From Pocillopora damicornis (taxonomy: Eukaryota), in NCBI RefSeq assembly GCF_003704095.1, contig NW_020844944.1, positions 682,001 through 746,000 of the forward strand: DNA of 64,000 nt, written 5' to 3'. Below, piece by piece: positions 24,747 through 38,800 of the stretch (position 1 is the first letter of the stretch; each line of letters opens with the position of its first letter). Both the position numbers and the translations under genes were made by a program. The notes beneath the pieces are model-generated. The model ran no database searches and was not told the origin of the DNA. It saw only the letters and a program-made list of their open reading frames with translations.

Positions 24747-27700
24747 TTAACCAGTCAAGGTGCTTTCCAACTCCCCATCCTTATCAAGCTCCTGTAGGAA
24801 CAAATGATTTGAAGTTCATTTACAAACTATCCGGAGAATTTTCAGGGAGAGTATGGACTACAAGACTTTCTGCAGCCGTTTTTTTTTTTTTTAAAAGTGT
24901 CTTGCTGCATAAGAGACCAAATGACAACTGTGAAGGAACACAGGAGATGCACATTATTGATGGGACTGTAGGAGAGTGCTGAACTGAAGACGAAAGGGTC
25001 CCAGAGTTACAAACGCAGTCTAAAATTACTCAGAAGTTTCAATTGAAGCTAGAATCTAACAAGAAAAGTTGCTTTCAGCCCTTAGCCCTCACCCCTTTTG
25101 CAGTGAACTACAAGGGTGGGGTAGGGATAATTAATGTGCCCCTTCCACAGTGTGTGGGGGAATAGTTCATGACATGATGGACGCCACACATACCGTGATG
25201 ATGTCTATTCCGCCAATTAGTTCTCCCTTCACATAAATCTGTGGATAAGTTGGCCAGTTAGAATATGTCTTGAGACCCTGGCGAACCTGAGATGTAAAAG
25301 AGAGTTATTCTTAGTTTGCTTCTCCTGTTATTGTCGTTGTTGTTGTTGTTGTTGTTGTCGTTGTCTACTAGGCAAATAAAATTTTACCTCTTGATCTTCC
25401 AATATATCAAAAGTCTTGAATGGGACACTGAAAAAATGGAAAAAAAAACACTCAAATTATTCTTCATGGGATTATTACACAGATTATGCTTAAGAACCCT
25501 AAAATGTTGCAAGATTTTTACAACCAATCCAACAAGCCTTGAGTCTCTAAACCTTTTTCAGTTCTCACATGTTTAGTTTCTGAAAGCCTTAATTAGAAAG
25601 ACCTGAACAAAAACCTAAAAATTCCAAACCCTGCTAGAATAACTCAACTCACCTAGGATACTTTTTCAAGATTTCACACAATTTCTTGCTGAAACCACAC
25701 CTTGGACCCTATGAAAAAAATTACTAAATTTAAGTTACCATGACTATAATCACAAATTTCACTAAACAGACTTGTCAGTTTCTCTAGCTTTCCTTTGAAG
25801 ATTTCTTAGTTGTATGCAGTAAAAATAAAAGAAAAAAGGTGAACATTATATCATTCTACAGATCAAGATGGGTACATGTTAAAAAAAAGAAAGGAAAACA
25901 CCAGCAAAAGGTTCAGGTGGATGTAAACGACTAACTGGCATAAGATTTCACTTCTTTGTATAATTTAAGTACTCAGCACCTCAGAAAGAAGTAGGTGGTG
26001 AAAACCCAAGTCCCCTGGGCTCATGGAGGACACCACACTACCTAGCCATCTTTGCCATATGCAGCTAAAATTCATCATGAATTAATGAAATCTAAACCCA
26101 CCTCAGGATTTCCTTTCATGAAAACCATCACAGGGGCAGCTGAGATAAGAGACTGTAACCTTGAAAATAAAGTTAACAGTAGTGTGACACATGCAGAATA
26201 TATGCATAAAGCAAGAGATGGAAGGGTGGGCTTATTGGACTGAACCATGTTTTAATGAGGCGAAGTTTCTAATTGTGGTGCTGTGTGGGTGAGTCAGCCA
26301 CCACAAAGAGTTTCTAAAGCTAATGTTTCCAGCATCAGCCCTTCATCAGAGTGAATGGTTTTGTTTGTTTGTTTGTTTTTTTTGGGTCAGAATACTTTTA
26401 GACTAAACCTTTCCCTTTTTTTTTGGTTTTTTTTTTTTGAGGCTGGTATTTACCTTTTGTTAAGATCTTCTTTTGTTGACAATGTCGATGTTAATTCCCC
26501 ACTTGCTGCAAGTTCCTGCAATGAAAATAAATGGAAAAGGTCTTAGTAACACAAAGATCATGCTGATAGCATTTTCCTTTATATTAACCCTTTAACTCCC
26601 AGATCAAATTTGTAATTCTCCTTTCTGTCAACCATACAATTCTTACAATGCTAGATCAGAGAATTTAGTATTGAATCAACTAATTGTCCCCATTTTTCTT
26701 TATTCTCATCACTTATCTGGGTGATATTGTATTGATACTGTAAGGAGAAATTCTGTCTTGGTCACTCATGGGAGTTAAAGGGTTATGAGTGTTTATCTGG
26801 AAATAGTAAGTGCAGCTGACAAAGTAAAAATACTGAATTTCCTTCTATTTGGCCCAAAGAACCCTTCTGAAGGTAAATGATTTTCAGAAATGTCATTTAA
26901 AGCTTCAGTTTACTTCCTTACCCAAAATTTACATACATCAAAATTTCTCAAACTGGGCCTGCTGCAACAGCCATGAACATTTAAATTTGGTGTATAAAAA
27001 AGTCCTTAAACTGTAAGTGTCAATTATTTAAACAATGTTTAGTGGTTGTTTAAGAAAACCATGTTCTTAGCCATCTTCAATTTATCCAAAAGTTCTATCT
27101 GAAGATTTATTTTTGAGAACAGTGTCAAGACAGCTGAATGCTAATAATGAATGGACATTTATTCAATCAAATCAGTCAGCCCTCTTACAGAGAATCCCTG
27201 AGGTACACAACTTGCATTAAACTACAGTTTGGTTAGACCTCATGTAAATGACCAGGCCTTAGGAGTGACAAGCTTCTAACTTTGCCTTACACTAAAACTA
27301 CTGAATCCTTCATTAAGATCATGAGCAGAGAGGAAATGATCATCAACCACAGAAGCTTTGATTGTTAAATGAATTCTCCTTGTCAGTACCAAAGGAAATG
27401 TAAAGAGAAGAGTATTAAGGATATAGATACTGATGTTAGGGTGTAATGGTAGGGTTAAACTGCCCAAATAAACAAATACGAGGAAGCATTTCCAAACCTT
27501 CACTATGTCCAGGCCTCCAACTAGTTCCCCATCAACATATAACTGTGGGTATGTGGGCCAATTTGAGTACACCTTTAAACCTATTATAATAAAATAAAAC
27601 AACCTCAGATAGATACCTCATGCTTAACTGAGATAAACATGATACAAGACCCAACTCACAGCAATTTATGTTCCTACTGTCACTCAAAATGAACGAAAGA

Positions 27701-30700
27701 TGGGGAAAAACTGTGACCAACTTACAAACCTTGTCTGACTTCATTGTCTGTAAGGATATCAAAGTGACTGTAATCTGCTCCATGTGAATTTAACAATTCT
27801 ACTATTTGCCGACTAAATCCTACAATCAAAACAAAGAATCAATTTGCTGTACTGACATGAAACAATACCATCTTATAAATATTTAAAGCAATTTCACAAC
27901 ACTCTGAACTTCCCAATGGCCTCCTCAAGGCAAACACTTAAAAAAAACCTTTAACACTTTAATTAAACCCTGAGAGCTATGAGCATGTAATTTCTCCTTA
28001 CAGTTATATGGCTGAATCATTCATTATAATCATGAGAATAAAGGAAATGATCCACAAGCTGAGAAGCTTTGATTGTTAAACAAATTCTCCTTGTCAGTAC
28101 TAAAGGAAATGCACAAAGAAGAGTATGGAGAATTTAGATACTGATATTAGTGTGTAGAGAGTTAAAAAAAAAAAAACAAAAAGTGAATTCCCTAAATATC
28201 AGTACAAAAAAGCTAGATACAGACCACAGCGAGGCTCCTGAGGTGATCCTTTCATGAAGAGGACATTTGGTGCTCCATTTATGATGTTCTTCAACCTGGT
28301 ATTTAAATCCTGAGAAACAAACAAAACTATAGTTAATAGTAGTGATGCATTAATGTACCATTTCTCATCAGCAACCGCAATAAAACGATATGAAAGTAGC
28401 TAGCTCAAGATGGCAGACTTGCCAGCTGTTTTGACCAGCTACTATCTCTTAATGACACATGGTTCCCACATTCATAGATCTTTTTAAAATCCCTGACTTC
28501 TCCCAGACTTTTCTCAGACTCTTCCCCCAAAATTCCCTGACCAACTGAATAAAAAATATCGATTATAAGTCCTGACAATGGCCTCATACCTCCCTTCCAT
28601 CCTTTAAGTTATGTTTTATTCAAGTCACATGCAGAGCTTATGAATTGACAGTTTCTTAAATGCAACATAGAAAAGTAGTTGATTTTCTTGAAAACCAAAT
28701 ATATCATTTTGTTCTTCAATTTCATGAAACAGTATTCTACCAATCCAACACATTTTATGTCCATAAAATGTCACACAGAATATGAAACATTCAAAACCAC
28801 GAGAATGGGAGAAGTTTAATTCACAAAGTAACTTGAATCACACAGGGGAAATAAAAATGCTTGTGGGAATCTATTAACTGCCAAAAAGGGTCAGCATTTC
28901 TCATCACAAAAAGGGCCTCCACAAGATTAAAACGAGATTTCACTCTTCCATGACGTCTTTCAAAGAGGTAAAATTTCCGTGACTTCCCCTAATCTTGCAG
29001 AAATATTTTTTCCCCTGCATTTTCCCTGACCTGTAACAAACATGTGAGAGTTAAGCATGAAAGTAAGAGTAGAACAAAACCTGTAGAAAACCTCTGGAAC
29101 AAACCTGTTTTGTGTCCTGTTCTTTTTCTGCAGTAACAGTCGTGGTGATAATACTTGCATGATGTTGAACTTTCTTGGTCAAGGCTGGAGCATTTGCTCC
29201 ATCCAACCGATCCACAACCTTTTGGTTCTAAACATAAACAAGTTAAAAGTCATGTCCAACAAGTTTACTAATAATGTCATCCACAGTAATCAAAATTAGT
29301 GCCATTATTTTTGTGGGATGCCCGTGGCAAACCACACTTAGTATCCACTTTGAGCATCATAGTGGTAGTTAGCCACATCCTCGTACTTCTCACTGAAGTT
29401 AAGCTTGAAGTATTAACAATGAAGGGTTAACACTTGGATGAGTGACCATACATAACATGTTGCACTGTTGCCTTTTTCTGTCTTACTTCTGTATTATGAT
29501 GAATCAGCAATAAATTTATTACTTCCATGTAAAACCAGAGTGACCACAGATAATGACCAACACTTGCCCTATGAACACCTCCAGATGTATTGTTATTGCC
29601 ATAATTATTGTCATCACCATTATGGATGTCATTATTTAAGTGATTATCATCATGCTCATCAACATTTCTCAGGATAATCCTCATGAAAATAATAGTTAAC
29701 CCTTCCACTTCCAAGATCGAAATATGAATTTTTTACACTGACAGCCATACATTTCGTTTAATTTTCACACCAAGTATTTAGTGTCAAATAGAAAAATAAC
29801 ACCAAGTCAAAATTTTTATTTCCTCTCTGCGTAGAAAGGTATTGATACTGTAAGGAGAAAATTATTTTTTATCACTACTAACAGAGAAAGGATCAATCAG
29901 ATTAACCTGGGTGGTAAGGACTCCCACAATGGGAAACACAAATCTTATCCAATCCTATCCCATTGTCCTTGACCCTCTGCAGATTGACTGGCATATTATC
30001 TCTCTTTACAATATCTCCCGGCCCAGCCCACCCTCTCCTTCCCCAAATCACACATTACAGAAGAATAAAGGAAATGATTACCAACTAAAGAAGCTCTTGA
30101 TTGTTAAACAAATTCTCCTTGTCATTACCTTAGGAAATGTAAAGAGAACAGTATGGAGAATATGCATACTAAAATTAGGGTGTAGAGAATTTACCCACCT
30201 TGAAAAGGAGAAATGTTGGAACTGCACTTATTTCATATTTAAGAGATATTTCTGGTAGATTCTCAGCCTCAAGCTATAAACAAAAAATATATGGGACAGA
30301 AGTTGGTCAGGCAAAATAATGTATTGATTATTGAAATTGTTGTGCTGTGTTTGCAGGAGTTTATCAATGTAAAGTTGATGTCAGTACATCTCACTTAGAG
30401 ACTATTTATTGCCAAGGAGGAGGTTGCAAAGGATTCTGGGAAATGATCACATGGTTATCAGGAGGAACAGAGAGGCGATCAGTTATTACCAACAGAGTGT
30501 AAAGGGGGACAATGAAAAAATTACAGCCAGTTGAATGTAATGGGGAAGGGGAGGGAGGGGTTCCTGAGAATATTACAGAGCCTTATAAGAGGATCAAGTT
30601 CATATCATGGAGACACAAACAAAATCATCCACACCCTGTGAATGAATAATGAATTGTCCCCTAAGACTTTCCAACAATGGGACTGACCTTCACAAATTTG

Positions 30701-31926
30701 ACATGTGAGTTCTCCTTTGCCAACTCTGTCATCACTTCATTCATCTGTTTACATTGAAGAGCCCATGGAGCATGGAAATGTACCACAGTAAGGGCACTAA
30801 AATTGATTCAAAAAAGAAGACAGGGGATTTTGTTTAATACTACCAAGACACCAGCACCTACAACAGTGACACATTTTTTTCATGTATCACAGGACAAAGC
30901 ACATTGCTAGTCTTTAAAAAATACTCTCTTTCCTTAGGTCATCTTATTGCCAATTGGAAAAAAAAAACAGTCAAAAAATAAACAAAGACAGCAAAATAAA
31001 TTGGAGGTTATCAACATTTCAACAGGGACCCTAAAGAAATATATTCCAAACTCCTTCCACGCAAAATATGCCTGATGTACATGTTTTCAAGCATGCATAA
31101 TTTACGAAGCACCACCCTAACAGTAACAAATGTTATGTTTATTTTCTTTTCCTGTAAAAATAAAAACATAAAACTAAGCATTTAAAGCTAACAGCTTTAC
31201 AACGTGGACATTATGCTACAACACACATGCGAACTATGTATTTGACATTTTCTATTTAAAAACGGAGACTTCAAATTAATCTATAATAATTTGAGTTCAC
31301 TCTAAAATTCTAGTGAACATACACTGAAATGACAGTCAAATTATGCTCCATCATCTTTCATACAGGATTAAATATTAAGGGTGATCGGCCGAATTTTTGG
31401 TGAGCCTCAAAAAATCAATAAAGTTTCAATTTGAAATTTAAGTCACAATTGAAATATTAAACAATAGAAAGAAACGGACTTTACAAACTAAAAACACCAA
31501 GCCTTGGTAGCGTTTCTCGCCAAAAAAATCTCGTAATGAAAATAAATGTAACTTAAGTTAATTGCATTCAATTTGACATTTTTGGTTGTCAAGTTCGAAG
31601 CTGGAAGTTTCTAGGCAAAGCTTATCTTTAATTTTATAAGTAAAGTGTCATCTGAACTTACCTTGTACAAATGGAGTTGATCGTGTCGAAAAGCCAAAAT
31701 TAAACCGAGCATTTTCTGTATCACCTAAGCTTGCGGCGATCTCGATTTCTTTTCGTATTAGGAAAGCACATAATTTATGTTCCCGCGATTTCGTAACAAA
31801 CATTGGTTTTGCTATCAGCAGAGAAAAAATTATAGGCAGGTTGAAACATAGGACATTAACTCACCTGGAAGAATTACCCAAGATTTTATCAAATTCCGTG
31901 TTGGAGTTAACTTCTTCAAGAGCCAT
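24747..31926 (-). CDS. GLRX3: Glutaredoxin-3 / PICOT (Trx-like domain + two monothiol CGFS Grx domains)
   Basis: Exons 31926-31865, 30796-30688, 30273-30199, 29227-29105, 28309-28225, 27819-27730, 27580-27498, 26515-26454, 26159-26102, 25708-25653, 25427-25388, 25286-25194, 24791-24747. Motifs [18 protein letters not shown] twice and [15 protein letters not shown] twice. Confidence 0.96.
26588..26782. mobile_element. ~200 bp MITE in a GLRX3 intron
   Basis: TTAA|CCCTTTAACTCCCAG ... TGGGAGTTAAAGGG|TTAT. Confidence 0.85.
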
Positions 31927-33648
31927 GTTCTTTGAATTTCTACCATGTACTCGCGTAACAACCAGCAGTAATAATAGGAAATTTATGCGCAGTAGACGCG
32001 CAGTGCTTTTTTTTTAATAACCACAGGGAGCGACTGGGAACGAACATCTGATAAAACAAGATCGCGTGAGGTCGCGTGAGATCGTTGGTCTGATCACGTG
32101 ACTTAAAATGGCTTGGTAACGGCATCGCTCCCGCTTCAGTCAGAAGGGAAGATGAAAATTCCCGACCCACTGCACGTGCGAGCTCGTGCAGAAAAAGTTC
32201 ACCCACTGAGACCTAAGGGAGGTGAATCATCATGAATCAGCCCTATTGGACTGTAAAGAGCAGTGCCGTTTGCTGTGTGTGTGATTCTCCGAAAGAAAGC
32301 GATGTAATTTTGGAAAGTTCAGCGGTTTATTCTTTCGAGCATTTTGTTTACGCCTCGCGTGGCGTCATGTGTGTGCACCCTATGCCCTAAGGGTTCCTGT
32401 AAAGAAAAGAGATTGCAGGGAGGTAATGGCAGTGAGAGGTACCCTAAGTCATTGGATTAACCATTTTTTCGGGGAAGGAAGGGGGGGAGAGGACGAGGAG
32501 AGATTGCTCGCTTAAAAGATTTCAAAAAAGAGGAAAGAAAAAGATTTTTGGTGGATCTGATCAGCAGAAAGAAGCAACTTGGAAAAAAATATGGCACAGA
32601 CGAAGACGTAGAAAAGTGTGGTCGTCTTGAAAATATTCCAATCTCCCCACTTACTCTCAAAAAATAAAGGGTTGATCTCTTTTTTTTTTGGAACATACAT
32701 GTATGGCTCGACGAGCAACAACTGTGAAGGAGACTAACTACCGTGACCTAGCGTGCAAGTAGGCCCTAATTAATAGTGCTGCCGGAGGCACGTTTTCCGC
32801 CCAGGGAAAGAAGATTTGAGACGAGTCGCCGATAAGTTTGCCGATGATCTGGCACTAATATTTTCAGTGCTAGACCGCTTGCAAACCTGTCGCCGACTCG
32901 CGTTGCCAAAGGCCTTAGAATTTCCCGCAGGCGAGAAAACGACTGCGCCGAAGCACTAAAAAGGGTAAGAGACCAGCCCAAACGGTTCTGCGAAAAGAAT
33001 AATAAACCTACACAGGCGTCACAGATTTTGGAATGTTTCTTGACGATATTTGTTAATAGCTGACTAGCAAATTAGTTGGTCACGTACATGAAGTATAATT
33101 ATATATGTACTTCTGATTTCATTTGTACATCATAATATATCTCTAAAAATAAATTAATCAATTGTTATAAATGTCTGATAAATTAATAAAATCGTCTATT
33201 GCTTTCATAATAAATATTTTATATCTGTATTATAGAATTCAATTAAATTATTAAATAAATTTGAAGCCATTAGCTCAGTTACCGAATATATCGATAATAG
33301 CCTTGTTACCAAAGTCATTAATCTTTCTCTCACACATAATAAAAACACATCATAAAAAGAGCCGTGGTAACAGCTCGTTAACGAGGACGGTTAAATTTTT
33401 CAAAATGAAACGAAAAGCACAGTTATCATTAGGAAACATATTTCGTCCAAAAAACTCCACGTACATTTATGTTTTCGGAGGAGCAAGACAAAGACAGGAG
33501 CCCATCTCCTGACACAGGCGACATTTGCATCAATGTCAAAGGAAATGCACACCTACCCCTTCCCCTAAAGCTGCGTTAGGGGAATTGTGGAAGCGCATTT
33601 TCTCAGATATTAACATTGATCCCGACAATTACCTTGACCAATTTTCTT

Positions 33649-33734
33649 CAACCTCGTTCCCATGGTCTTTTCCCTTACTTGGGGGTAGCCCGCCCCACCC
33701 CCAAGTAAGGGAAAAGGCCATGGGAACGAGATTG
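33649..33734. repeat. 86 bp near-perfect hairpin (palindromic mini-element)
   Basis: 38 bp arms caacctcgttcccatggtcttttcccttacttgggggt / acccccaagtaagggaaaaggccatgggaacgagattg with 2 mismatches and a 10 nt loop. Confidence 0.9.
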
Positions 33735-34728
33735 TAATTTTTTAAGGATTTTTTTCGACTTATCCGTTGTCTTAAAATATATCTACATCGATTCATAATA
33801 AATACTTCGCTCAACCCTATACAAATTGAAATCGTTCATGATTAGTATTTAAAACGTATGGTTTGTTTGGTCGTTAAGCATTCATTCTTTCATAAAATAT
33901 GAAATGATTTCAACATCTGACAAATAGTAAAAATTTATACAACAGTTATGATCATTTTCATTGGACCGCAATGGTTCTAATGAACTTCTGTGTGCGGTTG
34001 GTAAAACCTAGTTATGGGACGCACACCCTAGATCCTACCATGTAACTGGAACGGCTTGGCCGTGAAAGGTCTAAATACGAGACTATGCGCACCCCTCTTT
34101 TACTTCTTAAGAGCTCCATAGGAAATTTAAATCACAAGAAATGGTTTGCTATTTACGTCGAAAATAGTTTATCGCGAGGATTATTATTTTTTTGTTGTCC
34201 ATTGATAGAAGGCTCTTTGTAATTAGTTGTATGTGAGACAGTATAGAGGTACATCACAAATAAAATGACTTCCCTGAAGAAAGAAGCTATAATTTATCGC
34301 CGGAGGGGGAGGGGGTGGGAGTGTAAGATTTGTTGATAAGATAAGGTCTCTCCCCTCTTGCCTTCTTCAGGAGCCTGAATATGCAGGCCACAGATCACTG
34401 AAAGGTTCAGTCAATCCTAATGTATTGGTAGAATGCAGAAGATATTTATTTGAGAGGGGTCCTTCGTAAATACAAGTGCTGTTGCTAAGAACAAATTAAG
34501 CCAAAGAATTGTCAGCGGTACTCTCGCGTGAGAAGTCCCAGCCCGCGACCGACCACAAAAATTGGCGGCAAGTGTGAAAAGTTTTCGTGTCTCAAAGTGT
34601 AATTAAAATAATTTTTAAAGGAAATTATTTACATTTTATGCAGAAAAGCATGTCGTTCTGGAACGGAAGATATGGCCGTAAATTTTTTCAATAGCAACTG
34701 GCCATGTAGTTGAGAAGGACCCCCCCCC

Positions 34729-34915
34729 NNNNNNNNNNNNNNNNNNNNNNNNNNNNNNNNNNNNNNNNNNNNNNNNNNNNNNNNNNNNNNNNNNNNNNNN
34801 NNNNNNNNNNNNNNNNNNNNNNNNNNNNNNNNNNNNNNNNNNNNNNNNNNNNNNNNNNNNNNNNNNNNNNNNNNNNNNNNNNNNNNNNNNNNNNNNNNNN
34901 NNNNNNNNNNNNNNN
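34729..34915. other. Assembly gap (187 N)
   Basis: Run of N. Confidence 0.99.
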
Positions 34916-35340
34916 AGGCACGTAGTCTGCGCAGAATATGAATGCTCCATGTTATCAAACGAGCGCAAAAATAGGAAAGGTCATGAGCAGCCCCTAATCA
35001 TTTACGGCATCTCATACCAAGGCTGACAAAATCGATGATCATGTAATACACTTTCCACGTGAAAAGGAGTTTAATCCTTTCGCTCATGGTAATCCCTCTC
35101 ATTCTACTCCTCGTTCTTCGAGTCGGAACAAAGAGAAGTATGGGGTAAGGGAGTGGGGGCTCTGAAAATGTGTTAGGGGCCCTAGCATGTTCGCCTCGTT
35201 TTCGTGAGGCTAAGCTCCATCTGTTTGAAGCCCACAGGGACATATATCCGCCGTGTCTCTGAGCTCTACAAGTAGATGTACCTGAGGCCGTTTGCCACTA
35301 AGTGTCTTTGGGCATTTTTAAGACATCTCTACAATTCTCA

Positions 35341-35857
35341 TCAAAAGTTCCAGCTCATAACTTTCCGTACTTTCTTCTTTTTCTTCGGTTTTTCTTTCAA
35401 ATTTCCTACACTTCTGTTTGACTTGGCGTCTTCTTCAACGGTCTCTTCGACAAACCCGTCCGTTACATCTAGAAAGACACGGAAAAATTATTCTAATTAA
35501 AAGACAACTGTGAGGTGTACTCGTTAGCGAGGCAGCTATCTTAGCTGCAAAGCTACGGTAGAGCTTACCTAAATCTTCTGGAATACTACGGTTTTTCGAA
35601 GTTCTTCTCCTGTGTTTCTTTTTTGCCTCTGAAAAATAAACGATCCGCTTTATAAACCGCAATTAACACATTACTTACAATTTATGAGAGTTCTAAGCAA
35701 GCAAAACTCAAAATTTGTGATGAAATTTGTCGGCTAATACCTGGATAGCAAAAGAGTCATCGACTCACGAGTATAAACAATAAAATCTGAGTCAAAGACA
35801 CTAATTAATCAATTTCCGATGCCCCAACAAACCCGTGGGGTTATTTTTGATGCCCCC

Positions 35858-35888
<31 letters not shown>

Positions 35889-38800
35889 AAAAAAAAATAC
35901 CAACCTAACTGATCCTGCCTGGATCCTTGAACTTGGGTCACGTGACTCGATTTGTCTGAGATTGCAGGCAGGATCTGGCCAGCAGCACTAGCTGCGGAAG
36001 GACGCTTGTCTTTCACCTTACGGTATAAATCTGACTCCAAATTATCACTGAGAAATGAAAAAAGACGACTACAAAGTGAGACAATTAAATAGATCTTTTT
36101 CTTGACAAAACAACTGTTGCCTAACGCAAAGAAAGAAAAAAACTAGTGTCAAACAAGGAAAAAAGGTAAATTATGCTAACTACGAGGGAAAAAAATTGCG
36201 ACTAGCTTCATACGCGTGAAAAATGCAAAAAGTTCAATCGGTGCCGAAGGCGCGAACAAATGCAATTGGTGCTAAGCGCAGGAAAAATGGACCTACTGCT
36301 GTGCCAACAAATGCAACTGGAGCCAATTGCGTAGTTATAATATCTGGAGCGGAACGAGGAAAAACGTAACTAGAGATTTTCAAATCATTCTCCAGAACTT
36401 AGCTGGAAACAAACCTGACAGTGTTAAGTGTGAGCGTGTCAGCCTTCACTTTTCCTTTACGCGCCCAGTATATGTCATTACTATCTGGAGTCCCCGCTTC
36501 TCTCGGACTACCTGTAGTAGGACTCGAATGCTGCGTTTTTGCATTCACTGGTACGGGGCTTTGTTTTGCTTTAGCTATCTTCAGTGGTGCCAAAAGTAGC
36601 TCTGTGGATGGGGAGGGTGGCTTCATTTCTACTGGTTTCAGCGGGGTGGGTTTGTAGTTGTCCAGTCGTAACCTTTCAGGCATTGTCTTTGATTTGATAG
36701 GTGCAAGGGCAGGAACTGGAGCGCCTGAAGGTCTTATAATGGGGGCTTGATCCTAAAAAAAGAGGGAAAAAAAAGTGGTTGTGAAAGAGAATTCGTGATG
36801 TTCACTTTCGAGAAATTTAAAGAGGAAACTTTGTAAAGAAAAGGGGCCCCGATCCCGTTTTGATGCACGCGTTACATATTTAAAAGGGAAACTTCAAATC
36901 TCTCCCCTCGTGTACGAGGTTTCAGGGAAATCTTGAAGTTTTCACGAGCTAACAGAAAAAAGAATCACGGGTCGCGTATATTTCAGGAGGCAAATCACGC
37001 CTTACTCTGATTCATAAATTCACGAATCACGCTCGGTTCTCTGTAAAATCAACGCATCACATATTGATTTTGGCATTAATTACGCGTCAAGTAAAAACCC
37101 TTTGCTACCCTCCTTGTCAAATACGAGGTAAAATGTGGCCCGCACCTCTCGTGACTGCTGAGAAATTTTGCATCAGTCCTAGAGAAAACAGGTCAGCCCA
37201 CAGGTGGAGTACCAATTGAAGTTTTTGAAACAAAGCAATTCTCATCAATTCCGGATCTTAGTGCATATTTTGAGAGATCGACATACCTCTAAAAAAATCT
37301 GCGCGAGACAACCCAATTGCCTGAGACCCCCAATTTAAATTTCGTTAAAGATCTTTTTTATTTAATTTCTTCAAACTTCATCGATACCCAATTACCTCGA
37401 ACAGAAATTTTAACTACAACGGTAATTGACTGTCGTAATATAAAATTCATTAAGAGAAACTGACTGATCAGGCAATTGAGTCATACCTCAAAACTAAATC
37501 TTGGCAAGATGGGTGGTCTTGTTGGATTGCTGTGCTTGCCATCCTCTGGGGGTACGGGTGAGGATGGTATGGGTGTGAGAGCCATCTGTGGGGGGTAGCG
37601 ACTGTCCTCCTCACTGCTGTAGCCGCCTGTGTCACGCTCTCCATTCAAATTGGGATGAAGGAAATCTAGGAAAAGATTCCTTCAATCACTAGAGGACATT
37701 TCTCAAAAAGAAAACTTACCTAATAATTGTACCTATAATCCTTAGATTCATGTACTTGTAATCCGGCAGAGCCAGTTGCCTGGTGGTATAAATACCAACC
37801 AAAACCACTTACCAAATGAGAAAAAGTTTTAAAAGTTTAAATTTTTACATAGTAAAAACAATGTAATTTGCCACTTAAACTGCTACCTTACTTATGTAAA
37901 AGGTAGGTGTCTGCAATATTCAGAGTCTTCCCTTAAGTGGCTTGCAGACCCCCGGATATAAGACTGCCATGAGTCTCCACTCAAGGCACCAGCTAACATT
38001 AGTTGATAGAAGGAGCAAGTCTTGTAGCAACTGTGGTATTCCATCAGTGGTGGTACAATAAGATGACTGAGTTTTATAAACTGAGTTGTGATAATGCAAA
38101 TTGGCTGCCGTAAAGGGTTTCTAAAATGGATGTTTTGAGCAGTAGCCCTTTGACAGAGGGAATGGTAAAGAGTTAACACCTTGAAACTTCATTTTCCAGT
38201 TTAAAACATTATCACAACTCAGTTGATAAAATCAAAGTATCTTCAGTTCTAACACTATTTGAGTTGGTGGAAGGGGAATAAGGAGGGGGAGGGGGGTGGT
38301 GTGAAGGAATAATTGAAAAAAAAAAAACAACTACTAAAGCCCTGTGGATCATTGAGGAACAGGTAATACACAACTGCTCTAAATCTCAAGGAGCCAGCAG
38401 TAGCAAAGGTGCAATGAGAGCCTGCACTTATAACAATCACTGTTGATCCTACAAGCTCCTGAAGCTTGCGACGATTAACTATGTCTAATTGTCTATCTAC
38501 ATTAACGTGAAAGAAAGAACTCATTTTTAAATTTTTATCTACATTACAGTAGATAAAGATGATATCAACCTACAGGGTGATGCCGGGGGCGTAATACTGG
38601 GCCATGCACTAACATCATGCAGCAATGAAACCATGTCCCCTGTACAGAAAATACCCCGAAAATTAGTCACTATGCATGCATAACTTCACTGCACAGTTGC
38701 AGTATCCACCTGGTCAGTAATATAAGAGAAAATCACAACAAAATAACATGATCTCCAATAAAACAAATAAACAAAGGAAACAATAAAAAAATTAACATTT

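Noticed and set aside
27498-28309. Apparent missing GFS...FDIL segment in the first Grx domain of GLRX3
   Set aside because: It is encoded by a 90 nt exon at 27819-27730 that the ORF track does not show in that frame.
31663-31820. Strong minus-strand donor AAG|GTAAGT in GLRX3 intron 1 as an extra coding exon
   Set aside because: No open frame has the phase needed to join exon 2, so it is unsupported without RNA data.
32100-32470. RNase P / RNase MRP / 7SK / snRNA identity
   Set aside because: There are only superficial word matches. The P4 helix (CR-I/CR-V) and other diagnostic cores could not be formed.
32460-32670. Lys/Arg-rich open frame on the + strand
   Set aside because: It has no ATG or clear splice sites, is low-complexity purine-rich sequence, and shows no recognisable homology.
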